From a candidate division WOR-3 bacterium (lineage in GTDB: Bacteria; Hydrothermota; Hydrothermia; JBDRYB01), in NCBI GenBank assembly GCA_049969615.1, contig JBMFOM010000027.1, positions 1-19,529 on the forward strand: a DNA stretch of 19,529 bases, written 5' to 3'. A program made the position numbers and the translations under genes. Below the pieces are notes generated by a model. The model did not search any database. It worked only from the letters and a program-made list of their open reading frames with translations, and was not told the DNA's origin. Positions 1 to 7,541 of this stretch are shown here, one piece after another (the first letter of the stretch is position 1; the number at the start of each line of letters is the position of its first letter).

Positions 1-192
1 ATAACCTGCTCCCCTGTATCCGGCGGCCTCGTGTTCAATTCAAAGGCCGAGCTCGGAATAAGGATATACTCAGCTGACGGCAGGCTCGCATATTCCGGCA
101 ACCTTGAGAAGGGCCAGAACCGGATAAGCCTCGGCCCAGGGGTCTACCTCTGGAGGGCAGGGCAATACAGGGGCAAGGCAGTCGTAAGATAA
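1..192 (+). CDS. 3' end (partial, runs off the left edge) of a secreted protein with a T9SS type-A-like C-terminal sorting domain
   Basis: Absent from the ORF track. Frame +1 reads ITCSPVSGGLVFNSKAELGIRIYSADGRLAYSGNLEKGQNRISLGPGVYLWRAGQYRGKAVVR, then TAA at 190-192. It has the IYxxDGR, GVY and terminal KxxxR motifs and aligns without gaps (41/63 identical) to the C-terminus encoded at 8889-9080. Confidence 0.85.
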   Translation: MTCSPVSGGLVFNSKAELGIRIYSADGRLAYSGNLEKGQNRISLGPGVYLWRAGQYRGKAVVR

Positions 193-225
193 TCTCAAAG
201 CCCTGGCCGTATTTGCACCCCTTCG

Positions 226-242
226 GCTTTATCAGGGGTCTC
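226..242 (+). repeat. Partial copy of a dispersed intergenic repeat (GCTTTATCAGGGGTCTC)
   Basis: 17/17 identical to the reverse complement of 12592-12608. The 15-nt core is also at 5962-5976. Confidence 0.7.
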
Positions 243-292
243 ATAGATTATGAATGGAATGGAAAGACGCGTTTTGATTCCACGGGATCTTC

Positions 293-1063
293 TCATTCCC
301 TCTTCGTTCTTTTGACCAGCCTGGAGAGCAAAAGCCCGAGCTCAAAGAGCAGTATGAGGGGAACCGCGAGAAAAATCTGGGTCACGAAGTCAACCGTGGG
401 CGTCACAACCGCCGCGACTATAAAAGCCAGGATAATCACATATGCTCTCTTCTTCGCGACCGCTTTCGGGTCAAGGACACCCATGCCGGTCAAGGCGACC
501 ATGAGCACCGGCGTCTCAAATAACAATCCGAAAGCCAGGGTCATGAATATCACGAAGTTGACATAGCCGGACGCGCCGAAGAACGGGGACATCGCAGAGC
601 CGCCGAATGACGAGAGAAACCTGATCCCCACTGGAATGGCAAACCACATGGCCAGGGCACAGCCTATGTAAAACATGATTATTGAGAAAACGAGGAATGG
701 CAGGGCCCAGGCCTTTTCCCTGAGTCTGAGGCCGGGCGCGATGAACGCCCATGCCTCTCCGAGGATATATGGCGCGGCAAGGACAAGGCCTGTCACGAAC
801 GCAACCTTGAGCCTGACCCAAAAAGCCTCCTGCGGTGTGAAGAAGTATAGCTGGCCGACCGGGGAAACGAGGAACCGGGAAAGCCTTTCTCCGTATGGCA
901 GATTCAATATAAACGAGGGCAAGGTTGGGGAAGCTATGAACCGGATTATCCTCTCGCCGAAAACGTATGATGCTGACGCGGCCAAAATAAGCACGATAAT
1001 GCTCCTAACCAGTGCCCACCTGAGGGCCTCAAGGTGATCCAGAAGCGCGAATTCCTTCTTCAA
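293..1063 (-). CDS. tatC: Twin-arginine translocase subunit TatC
   Basis: 256 aa with about 6 TM segments. Motifs LLDHLEALR, EAFWVRLKVA, WAFIAPGL, FETP and TPTVD. The TTG start lies 1 nt after the upstream stop. Confidence 0.93.
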   Translation of the reverse strand: MKKEFALLDHLEALRWALVRSIIVLILAASASYVFGERIIRFIASPTLPSFILNLPYGERLSRFLVSPVGQLYFFTPQEAFWVRLKVAFVTGLVLAAPYILGEAWAFIAPGLRLREKAWALPFLVFSIIMFYIGCALAMWFAIPVGIRFLSSFGGSAMSPFFGASGYVNFVIFMTLAFGLLFETPVLMVALTGMGVLDPKAVAKKRAYVIILAFIVAAVVTPTVDFVTQIFLAVPLILLFELGLLLSRLVKRTKRE

Positions 1064-1064
1064 G

Positions 1065-2222
1065 TCAGGGCATCCTCTCAGCTTTGGTTAGGTCAAAAAC
1101 CTTTCTCAGCGTGGCCTCGTATGCAGGAGTCATCTCAACTCCTCTCCTCGCCATGACCCTCCTGGCAACGGTTATCGCGTCTTCAAGCCGGTATTCGGTG
1201 AAGTCCGGGTATCCCCACGAGAAGGATGGGACGAACTTCGGGGATACGCCTGATCCGAATAGGCTCGCGAATACCCCGACGACTGCACCAGTGGTCAGCG
1301 TAGCGTTTATGCCGGTTCTGGAGTAATCGCCGATTGTCGGCCCCAAAAACTGAAGCCCCGTCTCGGTCATCTGAGCGTCCAACCACACCCTTATTGTCCC
1401 GTATGTGTTCTTCAGGTCAGATATTTCGGTGCCGGCCCCGATGTTGACCCACTCGCCGAGATAGGCGTGGCCCAGGAAACCTTCGTGTTGCTTGTTGGAA
1501 TAGCCCTGGATTATGGTCTCGGATACCTCTCCGCCAACCTTGCAGACAGGTCCGAATGTTGTGCCACCATATATTCTGGCGCCGGCCTTTATGAGACAAT
1601 CTTCGCCTATGAACGCTGGCCCCTGGATGAAGGCGTTGGGCATAACAATGGAGCGCTTGCCGATGAAGACCGGTGCCTCCTCGCCATCAATCACGACGCC
1701 CGGATATATCCTCGCGCCCTCATCAACCGAGACCTGGCCGAGCAGGGTTGCCGTAGGGTGCACATCGCCCCTGATTGATGGTTTTGCGACCGTGAGGTCA
1801 GCGAGGAGCGCGTCCGGGTTGAGATGAACCAGGTTCCAGAACCTAGAAACGGTCCTCGCCTTTATCTCCATCTTTTCCCTGGCACCCTCAGCAAGATGAA
1901 TTAGGCCTACGGAGAGATCATTCACGGTCGTCCTCACCGCTATGGGTTCACCCTGGTCCGAGAAGAGGGCCGTGCCCGGTCCCAATTCTGGTGCTGGCTC
2001 AAGGGGCAGGAAATCCGCCCTTGAGATTATCGCCTCTCCGGCCGGAATTTCTCCAGCCAGGCCGAGCCAATCCCGTGCTGGAGACAGATGGGCCTCCCGG
2101 CCCCAGAATGCCTCTGTCCTCTGCCGGAGGGTCATTGCGCCGAGCCTGAGGTCCCAGACAGGCCTGAGCCATGTCAGGGGAATAAAATCCCTCCAATTGT
2201 CCTCAACGAGGATCAGGTTCAC
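1065..2222 (-). CDS. GlmU-like putative sugar-nucleotidyl/acyl transferase (alternative bacterial GlmU family) with a hexapeptide-repeat domain
   Basis: N-terminus FIPLTWLRPVWDLRLG, hexapeptide repeats, then GGEV..NKQHEGFLGHAYLGEWVNIGAGT..SDLKNTY and C-terminal VMARRG. I moved the start to GTG 2222 (385 aa) because TATAAT lies 6 nt upstream of it. Confidence 0.85.
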   Translation of the reverse strand: MNLILVEDNWRDFIPLTWLRPVWDLRLGAMTLRQRTEAFWGREAHLSPARDWLGLAGEIPAGEAIISRADFLPLEPAPELGPGTALFSDQGEPIAVRTTVNDLSVGLIHLAEGAREKMEIKARTVSRFWNLVHLNPDALLADLTVAKPSIRGDVHPTATLLGQVSVDEGARIYPGVVIDGEEAPVFIGKRSIVMPNAFIQGPAFIGEDCLIKAGARIYGGTTFGPVCKVGGEVSETIIQGYSNKQHEGFLGHAYLGEWVNIGAGTEISDLKNTYGTIRVWLDAQMTETGLQFLGPTIGDYSRTGINATLTTGAVVGVFASLFGSGVSPKFVPSFSWGYPDFTEYRLEDAITVARRVMARRGVEMTPAYEATLRKVFDLTKAERMP

Positions 2223-2228
2223 GAGTAT

Positions 2229-2234
2229 ATTATA
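2229..2234 (-). promoter_or_regulatory. -10 box (TATAAT) 6 nt upstream of GTG 2222; probable leaderless promoter
   Basis: Minus strand reads GGTATAATatactcGTG. No SD sequence and no clear -35. Confidence 0.55.
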
Positions 2235-2301
2235 CCGGTTAGTTCTGGGCCTCCGCACCGGCTTCAATAGCCCTCCGTTAAGACCCATTTTGAGCGGCAG
2301 G

Positions 2302-2796
2302 CTATAGCCATCGGATTAAAAAACAAGCATTTCCTTCTCTTGTTTGTGCCCCTGCTTGTATAACCAGACCCCCCAGGTTGTAATGAGCCAGGTAATTGTC
2401 AGGGTCAATGCTAATTGCCTCTTTCCACTCCGCAACCGCGGCTGAGTCCCTTCCAGTTAGCATGTAGACCGTCCCTATGTCAGTACGCGCGTCAGAATGC
2501 TTTGGGTTCAGGAAAACAGCGCGCAAAAGCTCCATTTCTGCCTCGGAGAGCTCCCCCTGGTCCATGAGGAGCCTTCCGAGATACCGGTGGGCATCAGGGT
2601 TCAGGGGATTCAGTTCTGTTGCCCGCCGGAGATAAGGCTCAGCCTCGGTAAGCCTTCCATCCAGGTATAGCAGTCCTCCGAGGTAGTAATTTACGGTGTC
2701 GTTTTTTGGGTTGAAGACTAACCTCTCGTTCATGTCCTCCCACGGCCTCTGGCAGGAGACGACGGCCAGAAAGAGGATTAGGCATAACCTCTTCAT
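2302..2796 (-). CDS. TPR-repeat lipoprotein; C-terminus probably frameshifted or disrupted
   Basis: Signal peptide and lipobox MKRLCLILFLAVVSC. TPR units YYLGGLLY..EAEPYLRRATELNP, AHRYLGRLL..EAEMELLRAVFLNP and ARTDIGTVY..AVAEWKEAISIDP. The fourth repeat leaves the TPR pattern at a G6 run (2369-2374). Confidence 0.75.
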   Translation of the reverse strand: MKRLCLILFLAVVSCQRPWEDMNERLVFNPKNDTVNYYLGGLLYLDGRLTEAEPYLRRATELNPLNPDAHRYLGRLLMDQGELSEAEMELLRAVFLNPKHSDARTDIGTVYMLTGRDSAAVAEWKEAISIDPDNYLAHYNLGGLVIQAGAQTREGNACFLIRWL

Positions 2797-2843
2797 TTTT
2801 GGCACCGGGATTCTTCGGGGGTTTCTTCACGGCTACACCATCC

Positions 2844-4019
2844 CTACAAACTTGCCAAAGCCTGATCCAGGTCCTCAATGATGTCCTCGGTGTCCTCTAT
2901 TCCAACTGAGAGCCTGACAAACCCCGGCTCTATTCCCATAGAGAGCCTCTCCTCAGGGCTATAAGCCGCATGGGTTGTTGTGGCTGGAGTTGAAACCAGG
3001 GACTCTACGCCACCGAGGCTCGTTGCCTCTGCTATGAGCCTAAAAGAGGACATGAGCTTCAGGGTGGCCTCGTCACCACCCTCAACCACGAACGAGACCA
3101 TGCCGCCAAAGCCAGAGAGCACCTTCTTTGCAAGCTCGTGCTGGGGATGCGAAGGAAGACCGGGATAAAACACGCGCTTGACCTTCGGGTGGTTCTCAAG
3201 GAAACGGGCGACCGCCATAGCGTTCTCGTTGTGCGCCTTCATGCGGACGCCAAGGGTTTTGAGCCCTCTCTCCAGGAGGAACGCGGAGAAAGCCTCCATG
3301 GACCCGCCGAGGTCCCTCATCGCGGCCCAGACTGGATCGATCAGGGACCTTGGCCCTGCTACGACCCCCGCAATGAGGTCAGAGTGGCCGTTGAGATACT
3401 TGCTCGCGGAAGCGAGGGATATGCTCGCTCCGAGCTCAAGCGGTTTCTGGTTTATGGGTGTGGCAAATGTGTTGTCCACGACAAGCAGAAGGCCATGACG
3501 TTTCGCGATGTCCGCGAACGCGGGGATGTCCAGAACCTTCAGGAGAGGATTTGATATGCTCTCGTAAAACATGAGCCGTGTGTTGGGCTTTATGGCCTTT
3601 TCAACAGCCTCGGGCTTTGTGATGTCCGTATAGGTGATCTCAATGCCCATCCGCTCGATCCTGTTCTTGAACAGGCCCATTGTGCCGCCGTAAATGTCAA
3701 GGGTAGTTATCATGCCATCGCACGGCCTCAGATGCCCCATTATCACGGATGTGGCGGCCGACAGCCCTGATGCGAAAGCCACGGCATCCTCCGCACCCTC
3801 AAGCGCGGCTACCTTTTCCTCCACAGCCCTCCTGGTCGGGTTCCCATATCTGGTGTAGAATATGGTTTCCCTGGCCTTGCCGGACTGGATGAGGCCATAG
3901 ACCTCTGGGTCAGCGTAGAATGTGCTTGACTGAAAAATGGGCGTTGTCACGGGCCTGGCGTTCCGAGGCCCTGTCCCGACATGAACTGCTTTGCTTGACA
4001 ATCCTTTTGGCTCTTTCAT
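2844..4019 (-). CDS. PLP-dependent Cys/Met metabolism enzyme (cystathionine gamma-lyase/synthase or methionine gamma-lyase family)
   Basis: Motifs TPIFQSSTF, YTRYGNPT, FASG, YGGT, VDNTFATP, SASKYLNGHSD (PLP Lys), SLGGVESL and RLSVGIED. Start placed at ATG 4019 (391 aa), just downstream of a good promoter. Confidence 0.9.
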   Translation of the reverse strand: MKEPKGLSSKAVHVGTGPRNARPVTTPIFQSSTFYADPEVYGLIQSGKARETIFYTRYGNPTRRAVEEKVAALEGAEDAVAFASGLSAATSVIMGHLRPCDGMITTLDIYGGTMGLFKNRIERMGIEITYTDITKPEAVEKAIKPNTRLMFYESISNPLLKVLDIPAFADIAKRHGLLLVVDNTFATPINQKPLELGASISLASASKYLNGHSDLIAGVVAGPRSLIDPVWAAMRDLGGSMEAFSAFLLERGLKTLGVRMKAHNENAMAVARFLENHPKVKRVFYPGLPSHPQHELAKKVLSGFGGMVSFVVEGGDEATLKLMSSFRLIAEATSLGGVESLVSTPATTTHAAYSPEERLSMGIEPGFVRLSVGIEDTEDIIEDLDQALASL

Positions 4020-4028
4020 GGCCAGAAG

Positions 4029-4057
4029 ATTATAACTTATTCTCCGCGCGGGATCAA
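4029..4057 (-). promoter_or_regulatory. Sigma70-type promoter TTGATC-17-TATAAT
   Basis: -35 at 4057-4052, 17-nt spacer, -10 at 4034-4029; ATG 9 nt downstream; no SD sequence. Confidence 0.7.
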
Positions 4058-4073
4058 GCATTTTTGCAACCAT

Positions 4074-4526
4074 TCACCCGAAAAGAGCGATCTCAAGGAG
4101 CATTTTGCCGTGTAGAAAGACAAAGAGTGCGAGTGCGTTCCCAACGAGGTGAACCAGGGCCGAGGCTTTGTCGTTCTTTGGAGGAAAGATGATGCTCAGA
4201 ACAGCGACGGGTACGAGAGCGAGCCAAAGCCAGGGGATTCCCCATATAGCCAGGACAGGCGCCAGATAAAAACAGGAGAAAAAGCCGCAAAAGCGCGTGT
4301 AGAACCTGCCGGGGATGAGGCCCAGGAAGGTGAATGGGAAGCTGATGAGCATGGATGCGCTCAGGAGCCAGCCCCATTTGCTTATGAGCCACCATATGTC
4401 CCAGAAACCCGGCCTGTAGAGGAACGGTTTGTGCAGGGTCAGTGAGAGAATAGCTAGGGACAGGCTGATCCAGAGCCACCTCAGAAACCACTTCCAGAGA
4501 TAGGAAGAAACCTTTGCTGCCCTCAT
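4074..4526 (-). CDS. Hypothetical integral membrane protein (150 aa, Trp-rich, 4-5 TM segments)
   Basis: Hydrophobic part of the 4074..4733 ORF. ATG 4526 overlaps the upstream TGA (ATGA), consistent with translational coupling. No family recognised. Confidence 0.65.
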   Translation of the reverse strand: MRAAKVSSYLWKWFLRWLWISLSLAILSLTLHKPFLYRPGFWDIWWLISKWGWLLSASMLISFPFTFLGLIPGRFYTRFCGFFSCFYLAPVLAIWGIPWLWLALVPVAVLSIIFPPKNDKASALVHLVGNALALFVFLHGKMLLEIALFG

Positions 4527-5092
4527 GTTTTGGCAAATAATAAGGCCGAGATGTCGCCCCGTTCCCTCTCGTGGACCAGCCGGAAACCGCGGGCCATCCC
4601 GCAAATATCCCTGGGGCCATAGAGCTGCACCACGCCAGCGTAGAAACCCTGACCCTTCTTTTTGGTAACGGGGCTTGATGGCAGGAAATGCAGGACGAGA
4701 AGCCTCCCGGCTGGTGCGAGAATCCTGTGGCATTCCTCAAGGGCCTTTCTCGGCTCCGCGAGGAACTCAAGGGTGAAAAAGATGCCGACCAGCGCGAAGC
4801 ATTCCCCCTTGAAGGGAAGGGCACCCGCGTCCCCCACCACCGCTCTCACGCCCCTTTCCCTCGCGAGCCGCAACGCGCGCCTTGCCCTGTCAATGCCAAA
4901 CCCTATGCCCAGACTTGACGTGAACCTGCCCGTTCCAGCGCCAATCTCAAGCGAGGAGGCAGGCGCGGGCGCCGAGGGAGAACCTCCGATCCAATCCTTT
5001 ATCAGATCAAGCTCTTCCCGGAAAAGCTGTGGGTTCTCGTCATACCAGGCATCGTATTCCTCAGGGCGTGAGTCAAATGGGTCAGGGGACAC
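4523..5092 (-). CDS. Class I SAM-dependent methyltransferase (Methyltransf_11-like)
   Basis: Motifs EEYDAWY, LEIGAGTGRF (motif I), GID, GDAGALPF, LEF and RILAPAG. Confidence 0.85.
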   Translation of the reverse strand: MSPDPFDSRPEEYDAWYDENPQLFREELDLIKDWIGGSPSAPAPASSLEIGAGTGRFTSSLGIGFGIDRARRALRLARERGVRAVVGDAGALPFKGECFALVGIFFTLEFLAEPRKALEECHRILAPAGRLLVLHFLPSSPVTKKKGQGFYAGVVQLYGPRDICGMARGFRLVHERERGDISALLFAKT

Positions 5093-5104
5093 GGCAGGCT
5101 ACCC

Positions 5105-5770
5105 TTATGCTTTTATAATCATCAACCAAACTGCCAGGATTATGGCTCTGGGCACATCAAGCCACCCCTTTATGTGGCTCCTTTCGCCTCTGTAAATTAC
5201 ATCAACAGGGACATGCGCGAGTCGGAACCCTCTCCAGAGCGCCTTGACCAGGAGCTCGGACTCGGTCTGGTAGCGGGATGTCCTGAGGGAAACTGAGCGA
5301 AGAAGCCTGGTCTTCACCAGCCTGAATCCCGACTGGCTATCGGCTATCCTCGTTCGTGTCATCAGTGAAATCGCCAGGGTTGTTATCCTGTTTGAAAAAT
5401 AGTTTGCCCTCGGCATTCCGATAAATGGCCTTCTGGAACCTATGACGATGTCAGCGTGCTCAGCGGCCTTTATGAAAAGGGGGATTCGTTCCGGAGGATG
5501 CTGTCCATCTGCGTCTAGAATTATGACGAAATCATAGCCCTCGCGGATTGCCTCGGAGAAACCCTGCCTGAGGGCATATCCCTTGCCCATGTTCTTCCCC
5601 AATCTCATAACGCGAACGCCAGCGGCTTCTGCAACACTAGCGGTGCAATCGGCAGAACCGTCATCAACCAACAGGATGTCTTGTGGCGCGAAATGGGCTT
5701 TTACGCCTTCTATGACCTGCCGAACGCGCTCGGCCTCGTTGAAAGCGGGGATAACGGCAAGGCCTCTCAT
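5105..5770 (-). CDS. Glycosyltransferase family 2 (DPM1/polyprenol-phosphate glycosyltransferase-like)
   Basis: Motifs IPAFNEA, VDDGSAD, NMGKGYA, DADGQH, IGSR and DSQSGFR. Start ATG 5770. Confidence 0.9.
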   Translation of the reverse strand: MRGLAVIPAFNEAERVRQVIEGVKAHFAPQDILLVDDGSADCTASVAEAAGVRVMRLGKNMGKGYALRQGFSEAIREGYDFVIILDADGQHPPERIPLFIKAAEHADIVIGSRRPFIGMPRANYFSNRITTLAISLMTRTRIADSQSGFRLVKTRLLRSVSLRTSRYQTESELLVKALWRGFRLAHVPVDVIYRGERSHIKGWLDVPRAIILAVWLMIIKA

Positions 5771-5776
5771 GAACAA

Positions 5777-5782
5777 ATTATA
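5777..5782 (-). promoter_or_regulatory. -10 box (TATAAT) 6 nt upstream of the GT2 ATG; probable leaderless promoter
   Basis: Minus strand reads GGGTTATAATttgttcATG. No SD sequence. Confidence 0.6.
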
Positions 5783-5808
5783 ACCCAGTTCCCGCGCGTG
5801 ATCATGTA

Positions 5809-5978
5809 TGAAACCCTTGAAAAATCTCGGTTTGTCAGCCTCATCATAGCCAGATGAGGACCCTGAGAAAATGCCCTAGAGACGGGATTTTCAGGGCCCC
5901 CTCCCAGAACCCTGTTCTCTTGGACAAAGCGCTCCTCCCCCAAACCAGTAAGTTATTGCTACTTTATCAGGGGTCTTA
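5809..5978. mobile_element. Candidate MITE-like element (about 170 bp, non-coding, imperfect terminal inverted repeats, internal hairpins)
   Basis: Left end TGAAACCCTTGAAAAA (5809-5824) matches the reverse complement of the right end, TAAGACCCCTGATAAA (5978-5963), at 12/16. Internal hairpins at 5839-5859 and 5861-5896. The right-hand 37 nt recur at 12593-12629. Confidence 0.45.
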
Positions 5979-6042
5979 ATCCACCAGTCCTTGCGGCTAT
6001 TTCTGCGTGCGTATTTGTTGCCCCGACCCAGGCTGGTATTTT

Positions 6043-7473
6043 ATGATCAGTGCCCCGGTGAAAAAATTGGTTGAGCTGACAATTATAGTCGTCGCGGCAA
6101 TACTTGTCGTATTGCACTTCGCAGGACTCGGCAGGATGTCCATCTGGATTGATGAGGCCGTGAGCTACAACTGCTCGGTTGGGCCGTGGCTAAGGTTCCA
6201 CATCGGAGAGACCAATATCCCGCCCATGTATTACCTTCTGGCGAATCTGTGTTTGAACATAAGGAATTCAGAGACCTTTCTCAGGCTACCCGCGGCCATG
6301 GCTGGCGCGCTCTGTGTCCCGGTTGCTTACATGCTCGCAGGGGAGCTGGGTTTTTCAAGGGTTGCTAAGGCATTGATAGCCTTAGTCGTCTCTCTGAGCC
6401 CGTGGCTGTTTCTCTATTCCCAGGAGGCGAGGTCGTATTCACTTCTCATGCTATTCTCCCTTCTCTCTGCCTTGGCGTTTCTCAGGATGGACCGGGGGAA
6501 ACAGTGGTGGTTACTGGGCGGAATATTCCTCGCAATGGGCTTCTGGTCCCACTATGTAATTGTATTTGTTCTCGCGGCACTCTGGGCAAACGCGTCCATG
6601 TTCCGTAGGGAAAAGTCCGTCCTGCTCGGCTTGTCAATGGCAACCGCGATCGCTATACTGCTCTTTGCCCCCTGGGCAATATACACCGCCATTCACCCGC
6701 CCCATGCCGTGTCAATCAAAAAACCGTGGACCGGAGAGCTGGCCGCTTTTGCCTATGGGTGGTTCCCATATTTCTTTGGTTTCAGCCTGGGGCCGTCAAT
6801 AAGGGAACTCAGAACAGAGGGCATTTTGGCCATAGCAAGGGAATGGCCCATGCTTTCGGTCGGCGTCGCCACAATCCTCCTGCCCCTGCTGAAAATCAGG
6901 GGGATTCTGCGCGAAAAAGGATTCGTTTTTTGTCTTGTGTGTTCGCTGGTTCCACCTGTAATTGTCTTTGCGCTTAGCCTGATCCCCAGGTTCAACATAA
7001 CCTATCACCCCAGGTATGCCGCTGTCTCTGGGATATTCCTGACAATGGCCTGGTTATGGCTGGCAATGAAATTTAGGTTCAGGGCAATCAGGTGGAGTAT
7101 CCTGGCAATTATGTTCGCGCTGATGGGCGTTTCAGTCTATAATTTCTTCTTTAACCACAGGTATTACAAGGAGGACATACGGTCCGCGGCAGAAGTGCTG
7201 AAGGCCGAGCGCGGGCCCGGCGAAGCCATATATATTGCCAGTGGGAATGTTGGCTTGGCGCTGAACTATTACTATGGGAGCGACTTCACGCCGATTTACC
7301 CCTGGACTGACCAGGACACTATCCGGCTTATGGGGGAAAGGGTGTGGCTCGTCGTGGCGAGGGAGTGGGAGGTTTCCCCGGAACGGCTGGAACAAAGGCT
7401 CATGGTGGATCACCGGCTCGCTGGGCAATGGGATTTCACCGGGGCAAAGCTTCTGCTCTACGAGAGGCCCTGA
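6043..7473 (+). CDS. GT-C fold membrane glycosyltransferase (GT39/GT83, PMT_2-like)
   Basis: About 11-12 TM segments. Motifs SIWIDEA, PPMYY, LRLPAA, YSQEARSYSL and HPRY, plus a periplasmic C-terminal domain. Start uncertain (ATG 6043 or GTG 6058). Confidence 0.85.
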   Translation: MISAPVKKLVELTIIVVAAILVVLHFAGLGRMSIWIDEAVSYNCSVGPWLRFHIGETNIPPMYYLLANLCLNIRNSETFLRLPAAMAGALCVPVAYMLAGELGFSRVAKALIALVVSLSPWLFLYSQEARSYSLLMLFSLLSALAFLRMDRGKQWWLLGGIFLAMGFWSHYVIVFVLAALWANASMFRREKSVLLGLSMATAIAILLFAPWAIYTAIHPPHAVSIKKPWTGELAAFAYGWFPYFFGFSLGPSIRELRTEGILAIAREWPMLSVGVATILLPLLKIRGILREKGFVFCLVCSLVPPVIVFALSLIPRFNITYHPRYAAVSGIFLTMAWLWLAMKFRFRAIRWSILAIMFALMGVSVYNFFFNHRYYKEDIRSAAEVLKAERGPGEAIYIASGNVGLALNYYYGSDFTPIYPWTDQDTIRLMGERVWLVVAREWEVSPERLEQRLMVDHRLAGQWDFTGAKLLLYERP

Positions 7474-7541
7474 ACGATCCGGGTCAGCTTTGTGTCAGAA
7501 AATTCCATAATATAAAAGCGCGTGAGAAAAGGAGGTTTGTC

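Noticed and set aside
4955..4990. Low-complexity GGSPSAPAPASS stretch in the SAM methyltransferase
   Set aside because: It is in frame, short and has no tandem DNA repeat; probably a variable loop.
4093..5195. Alternative-frame and antisense ORFs (4093..4824, 4662..5195 and the many other short ORFs in the track)
   Set aside because: They are shadows of well-supported genes in GC-rich DNA and have no recognisable motifs.
7344..7541. N-terminal extensions in the ORF track (7344; likewise 2288, 4073, 4733, 10141, 10502, 11655)
   Set aside because: They overlap neighbouring genes or promoter boxes. Better starts, supported by an SD, a -10 box, stop-start coupling or less overlap, lie downstream.
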